A stretch of 64,000 bases of DNA. It comes from Dongiaceae bacterium. Lineage in GTDB: Bacteria > Verrucomicrobiota > Verrucomicrobiia > Limisphaerales > JAFMIX01. The position numbers were made by a program, and so were the translations under genes. The notes below the pieces were generated by a model that searched no databases, had not been told where the DNA came from, and worked only from the letters and a program-made list of their open reading frames with translations. Shown in pieces: positions 38,261 through 47,294 of the stretch (within the stretch, counting starts at the first letter, position 1; the number at the start of each line of letters is the position of its first letter). The stretch covers positions 3,053-67,052 of the forward strand of contig DATJIU010000012.1 of the NCBI GenBank assembly GCA_035492855.1, in the 5' to 3' direction.

Positions 38261-38399
38261 CCGATGGACTGCTTTTTAAGCGCGTCCGGCGGTTTTTGGG
38301 GCGGGTCTGTCCCAAACCCCCGCCCTCATTCGTCATAGTAGTAAAGGCGGCGGTTTCGCCCAATGCGGAGAAACCGCCGCCAAAATTAAAAAGGAGCGT

Positions 38400-39332
38400 A
38401 TGAAAATCTTGGTAACCACCCCCACGGGCAACGTTGGCCGGCACGTTGTTCGCGAATTGTTGGCGCCGGAATTCACGGTGCGCGTCATCGCGCGCGACCC
38501 GGCGCGATTGCCGGAGGAAGTGCGGGCGCAGGCGGAAGTGGTTTGCGGTTCCACGGATGATGCGGCCCTGCTGGAAACCGCCCTGGACGGCATGGACGCG
38601 TTGTTCTGGTGCACGCCGCCACCGGTGCCGCAGGAAACGGAGGTGCGCGGTCATTATGAACGGTTTGCCCGGGCGGCGGCGGCAGCGGTACGGCAGGCCG
38701 GGACTCCGCGCGTCGTAACCGTTTCGTCCGGTGGCCGGGGACTGGCGCGCAATGCCGGGCCGATATCCGCCTTGCATGCCATGGAAGACATTTTTGACGC
38801 CTCCGGCGCGGCGGTGCGGCATTTGCGCTGCGGCGCGTTCATGGAGAATTTTCTCCGGCAGGTGCCGGGCATTGCCCGGCGCGGCGTCATCACCCAGCCC
38901 ATGCCCGGCCACATCGCCATTCCGATGGTGGCGGCCGCGGACGTGGCGGATGTGGCATTGCGCTGGCTGGTGCGCCGCGAATGGACCGGCCGTGCGGGCG
39001 TGGCGGTGCATGGCCCGGAGGATCTCTCGTACAACCACGCGGCGGCGCTGCTGGAACAGGTGCTGGGCCAGCCGGTGCGTTACGAGGAAATATCGGCCAA
39101 CGCCTACGCGCAGCTCCTGGTGAATGCGGGCGTGAGCGCGGCCCAGGTGCAGGGGCTGGTGGCCATGTTCGCGGAACTCGCCAATGGGATTGCGCGCGTG
39201 GAACCGCGCACCAGCGACACCACCACCGCCACCTCATTCACCGCCTGGGCCACGCGCGAATTGCTGCCGCGGGTGCAGGGCGCCGCCCCGGGCGGCCGGG
39301 AAACCAACGGCCACGCGCTCTGCAAAGTTTGA
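38400..39332 (+). CDS. NmrA-like NAD(P)H-binding protein
   Basis: 310 aa. 'MKILVTTPTGNVGRHVVRELL' Rossmann loop and the length and composition of the NmrA/atypical-SDR family. Confidence 0.85.
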   Translation: MKILVTTPTGNVGRHVVRELLAPEFTVRVIARDPARLPEEVRAQAEVVCGSTDDAALLETALDGMDALFWCTPPPVPQETEVRGHYERFARAAAAAVRQAGTPRVVTVSSGGRGLARNAGPISALHAMEDIFDASGAAVRHLRCGAFMENFLRQVPGIARRGVITQPMPGHIAIPMVAAADVADVALRWLVRREWTGRAGVAVHGPEDLSYNHAAALLEQVLGQPVRYEEISANAYAQLLVNAGVSAAQVQGLVAMFAELANGIARVEPRTSDTTTATSFTAWATRELLPRVQGAAPGGRETNGHALCKV

Positions 39333-39448
39333 GCGGTCGCGGAACTTTTAAGTTCACGGACCTCCGCTCAAGCTCCGCGGTCTTGCTCCGGGCTGGGGAG
39401 CTTTTATACTCACCGCACGGAGCAAACACCCAGCGAGACAGTCATTCC

Positions 39449-40744
39449 ATGAATCCGGCCCCGGAAACCACCCCGTCCCCGGCCGCGGACATCCCGCGGC
39501 TGGCGGATCATTTGTTCCGGCAGGAGTCCGGCAAGCTGGTGGCCGTGCTGACGGGCATTTTCGGCACCGCCCACGTGCAACTGGCCGAAGATGTGGTGCA
39601 GGAGGCGCTGGTGCGGGCGCTGCAAACCTGGCCCTACCACGGTGTCCCCAAAAATCCCGCCGCGTGGCTCACGCAAACGGCCAAGCATCTGGCCCTGGAT
39701 GCGCTCCGCCGCGAAAAGAATTTCCAGGAAAAGCAGCCGCAAATCATTTCCTTCATGGAACACTGGCCGGCGGGCGGCGTGGTGGGCAACGCCCCCTTGC
39801 TGGATTACGAAATTTCGGACGACCGGCTGCGGATGATGTTTGTGTGCTGTCATCCGCTGGTGGCGCGGGAAGACCAGGTGGCCCTGGCGCTGAAGACGCT
39901 GTGCGGGTTCAGTCCCGGGGAAATTGCGGCGGCGTTTCTGACCACCGAGGCGGCGGTGGCCAAGCGGCTGACGCGCGCAAAACAGAAAATTCGCGAGGCG
40001 CGCATCCCTTTTGAAATTCCCGAAGGCGAAGCCCTGGGCCAGCGGCTGGACTCCGTTTTGCAGGCGCTGTACCTGCTGTTCAATGAAGGCTACAAGGCTT
40101 CCCGCGGTACGATCCTGGTTCGCGAGGACCTGTGCCGGGAGGCGCTGCGGCTCACGGAATTATTGGTCCGGCATCCGGCGGCCGACCGGCCCCAAACCCA
40201 TGCGTTGCTAGCGTTGATGCTGCTCAATGCAGCGCGTCTCCCGGCCCGCACCGACAGCGCGGGCAATCTGCTGCGGTTACAAGACCAGGACCGCGCCCGC
40301 TGGGATCAGCAATTGATCGCGCAGGGCATGCTTCATCTCGCCCAGTCAGCGGCCGGCCGGGAGCTTTCCGAATACCATTTGCAGGCGGGCATCATGGCCT
40401 GCCATTGCGCGGCCCGGGATTACGCCGCGACCGACTGGCGGCAGATTTTGGAACTGTACGACCGGTTGACCGCCTTTGACGATTCGCCCGTGGTGGCACT
40501 GAACCGGGCGGTGGCGCTGGCGGAAGTGGAAGGGCCGCAGGCCGGCATTGCAGCCGTCAATGCCATCCGCAATCTGCAAACCCTCGAATCCTATTATCTC
40601 CTCTATGCGGTGCTCGGGGAATTTGAACTGCGGCTGAAGCACCCGCAGGCCGCGGCGGCGCATTTCCGCAAAGCGCTGCAACTGGCGGAAATCAAATCGG
40701 AACAAGCCTTCCTGGCGCAACGCCTGCGGGAGTGCGAATCTTAG
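39449..40744 (+). CDS. ECF sigma factor with a long C-terminal TPR-like extension (COG4941 / ECF42-like)
   Basis: The start is taken at ATG 39449 (MNPAPETTPS...). 'LFRQESGKLVAVLTGIFG...AEDVVQEALVRAL' is region 2 and 'EIAAAFLTTEAAVAKRLTRAKQKI' is region 4, followed by about 230 aa of helical repeats. The 156-codon upstream extension in the ORF track overlaps the NmrA gene and is R/G-rich. Confidence 0.8.
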   Translation: MNPAPETTPSPAADIPRLADHLFRQESGKLVAVLTGIFGTAHVQLAEDVVQEALVRALQTWPYHGVPKNPAAWLTQTAKHLALDALRREKNFQEKQPQIISFMEHWPAGGVVGNAPLLDYEISDDRLRMMFVCCHPLVAREDQVALALKTLCGFSPGEIAAAFLTTEAAVAKRLTRAKQKIREARIPFEIPEGEALGQRLDSVLQALYLLFNEGYKASRGTILVREDLCREALRLTELLVRHPAADRPQTHALLALMLLNAARLPARTDSAGNLLRLQDQDRARWDQQLIAQGMLHLAQSAAGRELSEYHLQAGIMACHCAARDYAATDWRQILELYDRLTAFDDSPVVALNRAVALAEVEGPQAGIAAVNAIRNLQTLESYYLLYAVLGEFELRLKHPQAAAAHFRKALQLAEIKSEQAFLAQRLRECES

Positions 40745-40865
40745 AAGCCCCGCTCCGGCGGGGAACCGCCGGTGGATTTGCCCGGGCATATCACCTGAAT
40801 TGGGGATTGTTCCCGGGCCGGAAGGCCGTTGCCTGATTTTCCCCGGCCCGTTAGCCTTGCGGAGT

Positions 40866-43574
40866 ATGCGCTTCCCAACTCTCCGCCTGGTGGTCCTGTC
40901 GTCCGTTTTGGCCCTGAACAGCTTTGCCGGTCTGCAGGTGGACCGGTTGCGGTGTGAATACTTGGAAAACCCGCTGGGCATTGATGCGCCCCGGCCGCGG
41001 TTGAACTGGATCGTGACTTCGCCGGAGCGGGCGCAAATGCAGCGCGCGTATCAAATCCTCGTGGCGAGTGATCCGGCCGTGCTGGCGAAAGACCAGGGCG
41101 ATTTGTGGGACAGCGGCAAGGTGGCCTCCGATCAAACCACGTTTGTCGCCTATGCCGGCAAGCCGCTGGCATCACGGCAGGCCTGCTTCTGGAAAGTGCG
41201 CAGCTGGGACAATGCGGATCAACCTTCGGCCTGGAGCACCCCGGCATCATGGGAGATGGGCCTGCTGGCTCCGAACGACTGGCACGCACAGTGGATTGCC
41301 CGCACCACGGACATCAATGAGGAACCCGCGCCGCTGCTGCGCCGGGAATTTCAAATCCGGGGCCAAGTCAAACGCGCGCGGGTGTACCTTTGCGGACTGG
41401 GCTACTACGAGCTGCACCTCAACGGGCAAAAGGTAGGCGACCAGTTGCTGGACCCGGGCTACACGCGCTATGACCGGCGCGATCTGTATGTGACGCACGA
41501 TGTCACCGCGCTGTTGCAGCCGGGCACGAACGCCGTGGGGGCCATTCTCGGCAACGGCTGGTTCAACGTGCAGACCAAGGCGGTGTGGAATTTCCACCAG
41601 GCGCCGTGGCGCGAGGCGCCCAAGCTGCTGTTGGCGCTGGTGGTGGACTATGCCGACGGCCGCATGGAAGTTCTGGGCAGCGATCCTTCCTGGAAAACCG
41701 CGACTGGCCCGATTGTGTTCAACAGCATTTACGGCGGCGAAAATTACGATGCCCGCCAGGAAAAACCGGGCTGGGACAGGCCCGGTTATGATGATTCCAC
41801 GTGGACAGCGGCCTTGGGTGTAACCGCGCCCAAAGGCCAACTGGTGGCGCAAATGATGCCGCCCATCAAGGCGGATCAAATCATCAAGCCGGTAAAGGTC
41901 ACCGAACCGAAACCCGGTGTTTTTGTTTTTGATCTGGGCCAGAATTTCGCGGGCTTCGCGGAACTGAAAGTGCAGGGCCCGGCGGGCACCCAGGTGACCC
42001 TACGTTACGGCGAACGGCTTTTCTCCGACGGCTCATTGAACACCCGCGACATTGCCCAGCACATCAAACGCATGGGGACCAACCAGCAGTACCAGACCGA
42101 CAATTACATCTTGAAAGGCGAAGGCGTGGAGACCTGGCATTCGCATTTTGACTACGATGGGTTTCAATACGTGGAAGTGACCGGATTTCCCGGCACGCCC
42201 ACGCTAGATGCGTTGCGCGGCATCTTCATTCACTCGGCGGTGCCGGTGGCCGGACATTTTGAATGCTCGAATCCGTTGTTGAATAAAATCTGGACGGCCG
42301 CGCGCTGGTCTTACCTGAGCAATTTGCAGGGCATCCCCACCGACTGCCCGCACCGCGAGAAAAACGGCTGGACCGGCGATGCCCATCTGGCCGCCGAGCA
42401 GGCCATTTACAATTTCATGCCCGCCGCCGTGGACACCAAATGGGTCAACGATTTGGGCGATGAACAGCGGCCCAGCGGCGAACTGCCGGGCATTGTGCCC
42501 ACCAGCGGCTGGGGTTACGAATGGGGCAACGGCCCGGCGTGGGACAGCGCTTTTGCGCTAATCCCCTATTATCTTTACGAGTACTACGGCGACACCGCGG
42601 TGCTGCGCGAACATTACGCCGGTTTGAAGCGCTACGTGGATTACCTGACCAGCCGCGCCACCAACTCCATCATCAATTTCGGGCTGAACGACTGGGCGCC
42701 CTACAAAACCCAGACGCCGACGGACATCACCTCCACCGCATATTATTATCGCGACACGCAGATCGTCGCGCTGACCGCTGCCTTGCTGGGCAACGCGGCG
42801 GACGCCCAGAAATACCGGCAACTGGCGGAGCAGATCAAAACGGCGTTCAACGCGCATTTCTACAACGCCACGAATGGCCTCTACGGCAATGGCAGCCAGA
42901 CTTCCCTGAGTTGCGCGCTGTATCAGGGCCTCACCACTCCGGAAAATCAGGACCGCGTGTTGACCAATCTGGTGGCCGCCGTCGCCGCCACGGATAACCA
43001 TATAGATACGGGCATCCTGGGCGCGAAATACATCCTGCACGCCCTGACCGCCGGCGGCCGGGCGGATGTAGCCTACCAAATGGCGAGCCAGAAGGACCGG
43101 CCGAGCTGGGGGAACTGGATTGAGCACGGCGCCACGACTTTGTGGGAACAATGGAACGGCACGGAGTCGCGCAATCACATCATGTTTGGCGACATCAGCG
43201 CCTGGTTCTATGAGGCGTTGGCAGGCATCAATGCCGATCCCGCCGCGCCCGGGTTCAAACATTTCAGCATCGCACCCCATCCCCCGGGCGACCTCACATA
43301 TGCCCGCGCGGAATACGAATCCATCCGGGGAAGAATCGTGAGCGACTGGAAAATTCAGGACGGGCGGTTTCAGTTGCATGTGATTATCCCGGCCAACACC
43401 ACGGCCAGCGTCCACATTCCCAATGCCACCGTGGCCGATGTTCAGGAAAATGGCCAACCGGCGGCCAAAGCGCCTGGGGTTGTCAGGGCGACGCAGGAAG
43501 GAACCGCTGCAATCCTTGAAGTGGGCTCGGGCGAGTATCAATTTTCCACTCCCGCCAGCCAGCTCGGAAAATAA
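40866..43574 (+). CDS. GH78 alpha-L-rhamnosidase, secreted
   Basis: The start is taken at ATG 40866 (MRFPTLRLVVLSSVLALNSFA). 'LRCEYLENPLGIDAPRPRLNW' and 'GIPTDCPHREKNGWTGDAHL' are classic GH78 motifs. Confidence 0.9.
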   Translation: MRFPTLRLVVLSSVLALNSFAGLQVDRLRCEYLENPLGIDAPRPRLNWIVTSPERAQMQRAYQILVASDPAVLAKDQGDLWDSGKVASDQTTFVAYAGKPLASRQACFWKVRSWDNADQPSAWSTPASWEMGLLAPNDWHAQWIARTTDINEEPAPLLRREFQIRGQVKRARVYLCGLGYYELHLNGQKVGDQLLDPGYTRYDRRDLYVTHDVTALLQPGTNAVGAILGNGWFNVQTKAVWNFHQAPWREAPKLLLALVVDYADGRMEVLGSDPSWKTATGPIVFNSIYGGENYDARQEKPGWDRPGYDDSTWTAALGVTAPKGQLVAQMMPPIKADQIIKPVKVTEPKPGVFVFDLGQNFAGFAELKVQGPAGTQVTLRYGERLFSDGSLNTRDIAQHIKRMGTNQQYQTDNYILKGEGVETWHSHFDYDGFQYVEVTGFPGTPTLDALRGIFIHSAVPVAGHFECSNPLLNKIWTAARWSYLSNLQGIPTDCPHREKNGWTGDAHLAAEQAIYNFMPAAVDTKWVNDLGDEQRPSGELPGIVPTSGWGYEWGNGPAWDSAFALIPYYLYEYYGDTAVLREHYAGLKRYVDYLTSRATNSIINFGLNDWAPYKTQTPTDITSTAYYYRDTQIVALTAALLGNAADAQKYRQLAEQIKTAFNAHFYNATNGLYGNGSQTSLSCALYQGLTTPENQDRVLTNLVAAVAATDNHIDTGILGAKYILHALTAGGRADVAYQMASQKDRPSWGNWIEHGATTLWEQWNGTESRNHIMFGDISAWFYEALAGINADPAAPGFKHFSIAPHPPGDLTYARAEYESIRGRIVSDWKIQDGRFQLHVIIPANTTASVHIPNATVADVQENGQPAAKAPGVVRATQEGTAAILEVGSGEYQFSTPASQLGK

Positions 43575-43698
43575 AGTGCCTGCCCTAAAACTGGCTGGCG
43601 TGTCGCATTTCCGAACGGCCCGAAATTCGGCTCGTCAATGAACTCCAAACGAGCTCCCGAAGCGGTTTGCAGACGATTGGCTTGAAAAAACAAAAAAA

Positions 43699-43735
43699 CC
43701 GGGCTGGTCGATCAGAGGATGACCAACCAGCCCGG
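43699..43735. terminator. Candidate bidirectional intrinsic terminator
   Basis: Perfect 10-bp inverted repeat CCGGGCTGGT (43699-43708) / ACCAGCCCGG (43726-43735). It is flanked on the left by AAAAAACAAAAAAA (43685-43698) and on the right by GGAATTTTCG. Confidence 0.4.
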
Positions 43736-43993
43736 GGAATTTTCGATTTGTACAACAGTGGGATTACGGAGAATTCCGGCGGAGGTCTGTACTATAACCC
43801 TCACCGAAAGCCTTTGGGCTCTCAAAGAACAATACTATCAATGCAGCCCTAAAATCTATCTCCCAAAACTGCTCTCAAATTCTGCCATAATATAAGCATG
43901 CGTGCTGAAGCTTGTCAAATTCTGTTTGTTTAAAATCAGCTAATCTGCTTGCAATAATCACATTTCCAAATTGTTACACCAAGCCCACCCGGT

Positions 43994-44009
43994 TGGCACT
44001 GGCATTGCA
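43994..44009 (+). promoter_or_regulatory. Sigma-54 (-24/-12) promoter upstream of glnB
   Basis: TGGCAC-TGGCA-TTGCA matches the TGGCAC-N5-TTGCW consensus with correct spacing. It lies 76 nt upstream of the glnB ATG on the same strand. Confidence 0.6.
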
Positions 44010-44066
44010 TAAAAGAATTCCGCCGGGCGGCGCGATTCCTATTTACAGCCCCCGGTTGACTGTTAG

Positions 44067-44423
<357 letters not shown>

Positions 44424-44865
44424 GTCTCCCAAAAATCCTCCGTTCCTGGCGGTTTGCACTCCCAGCGTGAATGACCCCCGCCAGTTCGGGAACGAGATAA
44501 AAGGCTTGATTTTATTGGGCGAAATTGGGTGTGAATAACTCGTGAATAAAAGATAATATGTTGTCCTCGAAACTTGCCGGAGCTTCGACTAGAAAAGCTC
44601 ACCGCAAGTAGAACACAGAAGGAAGTAATTTGCGAAACGGAAGCAAAGAGTTGTTTTGTCTCTTGGATTGATTTTTAAGTCGTTGCAAAACAGGTAGTTG
44701 TGCTCTTTGATTAGGATTGAAGGCAAAATTGATTAATGAATTTGTTGGTGGGAAACCTGCTTGAATCGAAACCGACGTGATTCACGTTAACTCCGGGTTG
44801 TGTTACAGCCCGGTGACCAAGCCAGGTGAATAAAACGCCTAAAAAAGGGCGAATGGGGATAATAA
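44424..44865. other. Putative chromosomal replication origin (oriC) / dnaA upstream region
   Basis: 442-bp A/T-rich non-coding gap directly upstream of dnaA. There are five GTGAAT cores, three of them in the form (T/C/G)GTGAATAA, which is one mismatch from the reverse DnaA box TGTGGATAA. They sit at 44467, 44531, 44542, 44785 (minus strand) and 44826. A 13-nt palindrome ACGTGATTCACGT lies at 44775-44787. A/T-rich stretches occupy 44640-44750. Confidence 0.5.
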
Positions 44866-46233
44866 ATGCAAGTTTCAGCGGATAAAATTTGGGTGGCGGC
44901 GCAGGATAAACTTCGTTCCATGCTCAGTGGGGACATCTATAACCTCTGGTTTGCGCCGTTGCGCGTCAGTGCGCTGGATGAGCAAAGCGTGGTGCTGGAT
45001 GTGGCCAATGATTTTTGCGAAGTCTGGCTCGCCGAAAACTACATGACCTTGCTGCAAGATGTCGTGGCGCACGTTTCCGGGCGCAAATTGCAGGTCAAGT
45101 TCCGGGTGGCTACCGGCGCACCCGCGCCGCTGGCGAAAAACCACGACACCCCCGAAATCGTCGCCAAGACCAAAACCCCCGATACCGCCACCACCGAGCG
45201 CGCCACCGCCGAACCCACGTTCAACCCGAAAAACACCTTTGAATCGTTCGTGGTGGGCAATAACAACAATTTCGCCCACGCGGCGGCCTTGGCGGTCGCC
45301 CAGTCACCGGGCAAGGCCTACAACCCGCTGTTCCTTTACGGCGGCGTGGGGTTGGGCAAAACCCACCTGCTGCACGCCATTGGCCAGTATGTGGGCGGCA
45401 GCAAAAAGGGCGCCCGGGTGGCCTACCTATCCTCCGAAAAATTCACCAACGAATACATCAGCGCCATTCAGAGCAACAGCCTGGTCAAGTTCCGCAAGAA
45501 ATACCGCCAGACCGACGTGTTGTTAATTGATGACATTCAGTTCCTGGCCGGCAAGGAACGGATCCAGGAGGAATTCTTTCACACCTTCAACACCCTGCAC
45601 GAGGCCCACAAGCAAATCGTGCTCACCTGCGACCGCCCGGCCAGCGAAATCCAGAACCTCGAACACCGGCTGGTGTCCCGGTTTGAATGGGGTCTGGTCA
45701 CCGATCTGCAACCGCCGGACGTGGAAATGCGCCTGGCCATTCTCCAAAAGAAGGCCCGGCTCATGGGCGTGGAACTGCCGGAGGAAATCATCAACTTCCT
45801 CGCCAACCGCATCCGCACCAACATCCGCCGCCTGGAAGGCGCCCTCATCCGCGTGGCCTCTTATGCCTCGCTGACGGGCAAGAAACTGTCGCTCGAAGTG
45901 GTGGAGGGCCTGCTCCGCGAAGTGTTGCACGAGGAAGGCCGCTACTCCATCAACATCGAGGTCATCCAGAAAAAGGTGGCCGAGCATTACGATATCCGCC
46001 TGGCGGACATGACCAGCAAGCGCCGCCCGGAAAACATCGCCTTCCCGCGGCAGGTCGCCATGTTCCTGGCCCGGCAAATGACCGAAAGCTCGCTGAATAC
46101 CATCGGCGAAGCCTTCGGCGGCCGCGACCACGGCACCGTGTTGCATGCCTGCCGGCTCGTCAAGGACCGCATGGAGGTGGATGCCCAGGTGCGCCAGACC
46201 GTTAGCTACCTGGAAAAGCAGTTAATGCGCTGA
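44866..46233 (+). CDS. dnaA: Chromosomal replication initiator protein DnaA
   Basis: 455 aa. 'NPLFLYGGVGLGKTHLLHAIG' (Walker A), 'DVLLIDDIQFLAGKERIQEEFFHTFN' and C-terminal DNA-binding 'FPRQVAMFLARQMT...IGEAFGGRDHGTVLHA'. Confidence 0.97.
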   Translation: MQVSADKIWVAAQDKLRSMLSGDIYNLWFAPLRVSALDEQSVVLDVANDFCEVWLAENYMTLLQDVVAHVSGRKLQVKFRVATGAPAPLAKNHDTPEIVAKTKTPDTATTERATAEPTFNPKNTFESFVVGNNNNFAHAAALAVAQSPGKAYNPLFLYGGVGLGKTHLLHAIGQYVGGSKKGARVAYLSSEKFTNEYISAIQSNSLVKFRKKYRQTDVLLIDDIQFLAGKERIQEEFFHTFNTLHEAHKQIVLTCDRPASEIQNLEHRLVSRFEWGLVTDLQPPDVEMRLAILQKKARLMGVELPEEIINFLANRIRTNIRRLEGALIRVASYASLTGKKLSLEVVEGLLREVLHEEGRYSINIEVIQKKVAEHYDIRLADMTSKRRPENIAFPRQVAMFLARQMTESSLNTIGEAFGGRDHGTVLHACRLVKDRMEVDAQVRQTVSYLEKQLMR

Positions 46234-46308
46234 GTCTCGGCGGCCCCGGAGCGGCGCCGGCAAAAAAAATTGCTTTGGCCTTGGGCCGCCCATCCTTAAC
46301 CTTTCCGC

Positions 46309-47286
46309 ATGCCGGTCATTGAAGTTAACGGCCTGACCAAAGCCTTTCAGACGTACAAGAAACAGCCCGGGTTTTCCGGGGCGGTCCGGGGGCTGTTCTC
46401 CCGGCGTTATGAGCAGACCGTGGCGGTCAAGGAAGTGAGCTTCACCATCGAACCCGGCGAACTGGTGGGCTTTCTCGGGCCAAACGGCGCGGGCAAAACC
46501 ACCACCCTCAAGATGCTTTCCGGCCTTTTGTATCCCACCGGCGGCAGCGCGAAAGTGCTGGGCTATGTGCCGTGGGAACGCGATGACGGGTACCGGCGGC
46601 AGTTTGCGCTGCTGCTGGGCCAGAAAAACCAGTTATGGTGGGACCTCCCCGCCCGCGAATCGCTGGAACTCAACGGCAAAATTTACGGCATCCCCCGCGC
46701 CCAGTTCGAGCGCACCGTGGATGAAATGACCGAACTGCTGGCCTGTCGCGACAAGCTGAACGTGAATGTGCGGGAGCTTTCGCTCGGCGAGCGCATGAAA
46801 ATGGAGCTGATCGCCGCGCTGCTGCACCGGCCCAAGGTGCTTTTCCTGGATGAACCCACCATCGGGCTGGACGTGGTTTCGCAAAAAACCGTGCGGGAGT
46901 TCCTGCGGCACCATAACGCCACGCGCCAGACCACCATTTTGCTCACCAGCCACTACATGACGGATATCAAGGAGCTCTGCCAGCGGGTCATCATCATTGA
47001 CCATGGCACGATTTTCTTCGACGGCCGGCTGGACGAGGTGCTGGATCGCTTTGCGGATTTCAAGGTGGTGACCCTCCAGTGCGAAGCCGGAAAAAACTTT
47101 CCGGCCGAACGCCTCGCGCGCTATGGCGAGGTGATGGAATCCAGCGCCACGGAAATCAAATTGCGGGTCAAGCGCGACCGCGTGATTCCGGTATGCAAGG
47201 CCCTGCTGGATGAACTGCCCATCAGCGACATTGACATCCAGGAAGTGCCCATCGAAGACATCATCCGCCAGATTTTTGCCCGTTAA
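46309..47286 (+). CDS. ABC transporter ATP-binding protein (COG4586-like), no adjacent permease
   Basis: 325 aa. Walker A 'GPNGAGKTT', signature 'LSLGERMK', Walker B 'LFLDEPTIGLD', plus a roughly 90-aa C-terminal domain. Confidence 0.9.
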   Translation: MPVIEVNGLTKAFQTYKKQPGFSGAVRGLFSRRYEQTVAVKEVSFTIEPGELVGFLGPNGAGKTTTLKMLSGLLYPTGGSAKVLGYVPWERDDGYRRQFALLLGQKNQLWWDLPARESLELNGKIYGIPRAQFERTVDEMTELLACRDKLNVNVRELSLGERMKMELIAALLHRPKVLFLDEPTIGLDVVSQKTVREFLRHHNATRQTTILLTSHYMTDIKELCQRVIIIDHGTIFFDGRLDEVLDRFADFKVVTLQCEAGKNFPAERLARYGEVMESSATEIKLRVKRDRVIPVCKALLDELPISDIDIQEVPIEDIIRQIFAR

Positions 47287-47294
47287 ATTTTCTC

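Noticed and set aside
38981-39448. 156-codon N-terminal extension of the ECF42-like sigma ORF
   Set aside because: It overlaps the 3' half of the NmrA-like gene in another frame and is Gly/Arg/Ala-rich. A normal sigma N-terminus begins at ATG 39449.
43667-43852. 61-aa plus-strand ORF in the A/T-rich spacer before glnB
   Set aside because: It spans the terminator hairpin and the poly-A tract, has atypical composition for this genome and has no ribosome-binding site. It is most likely non-coding.
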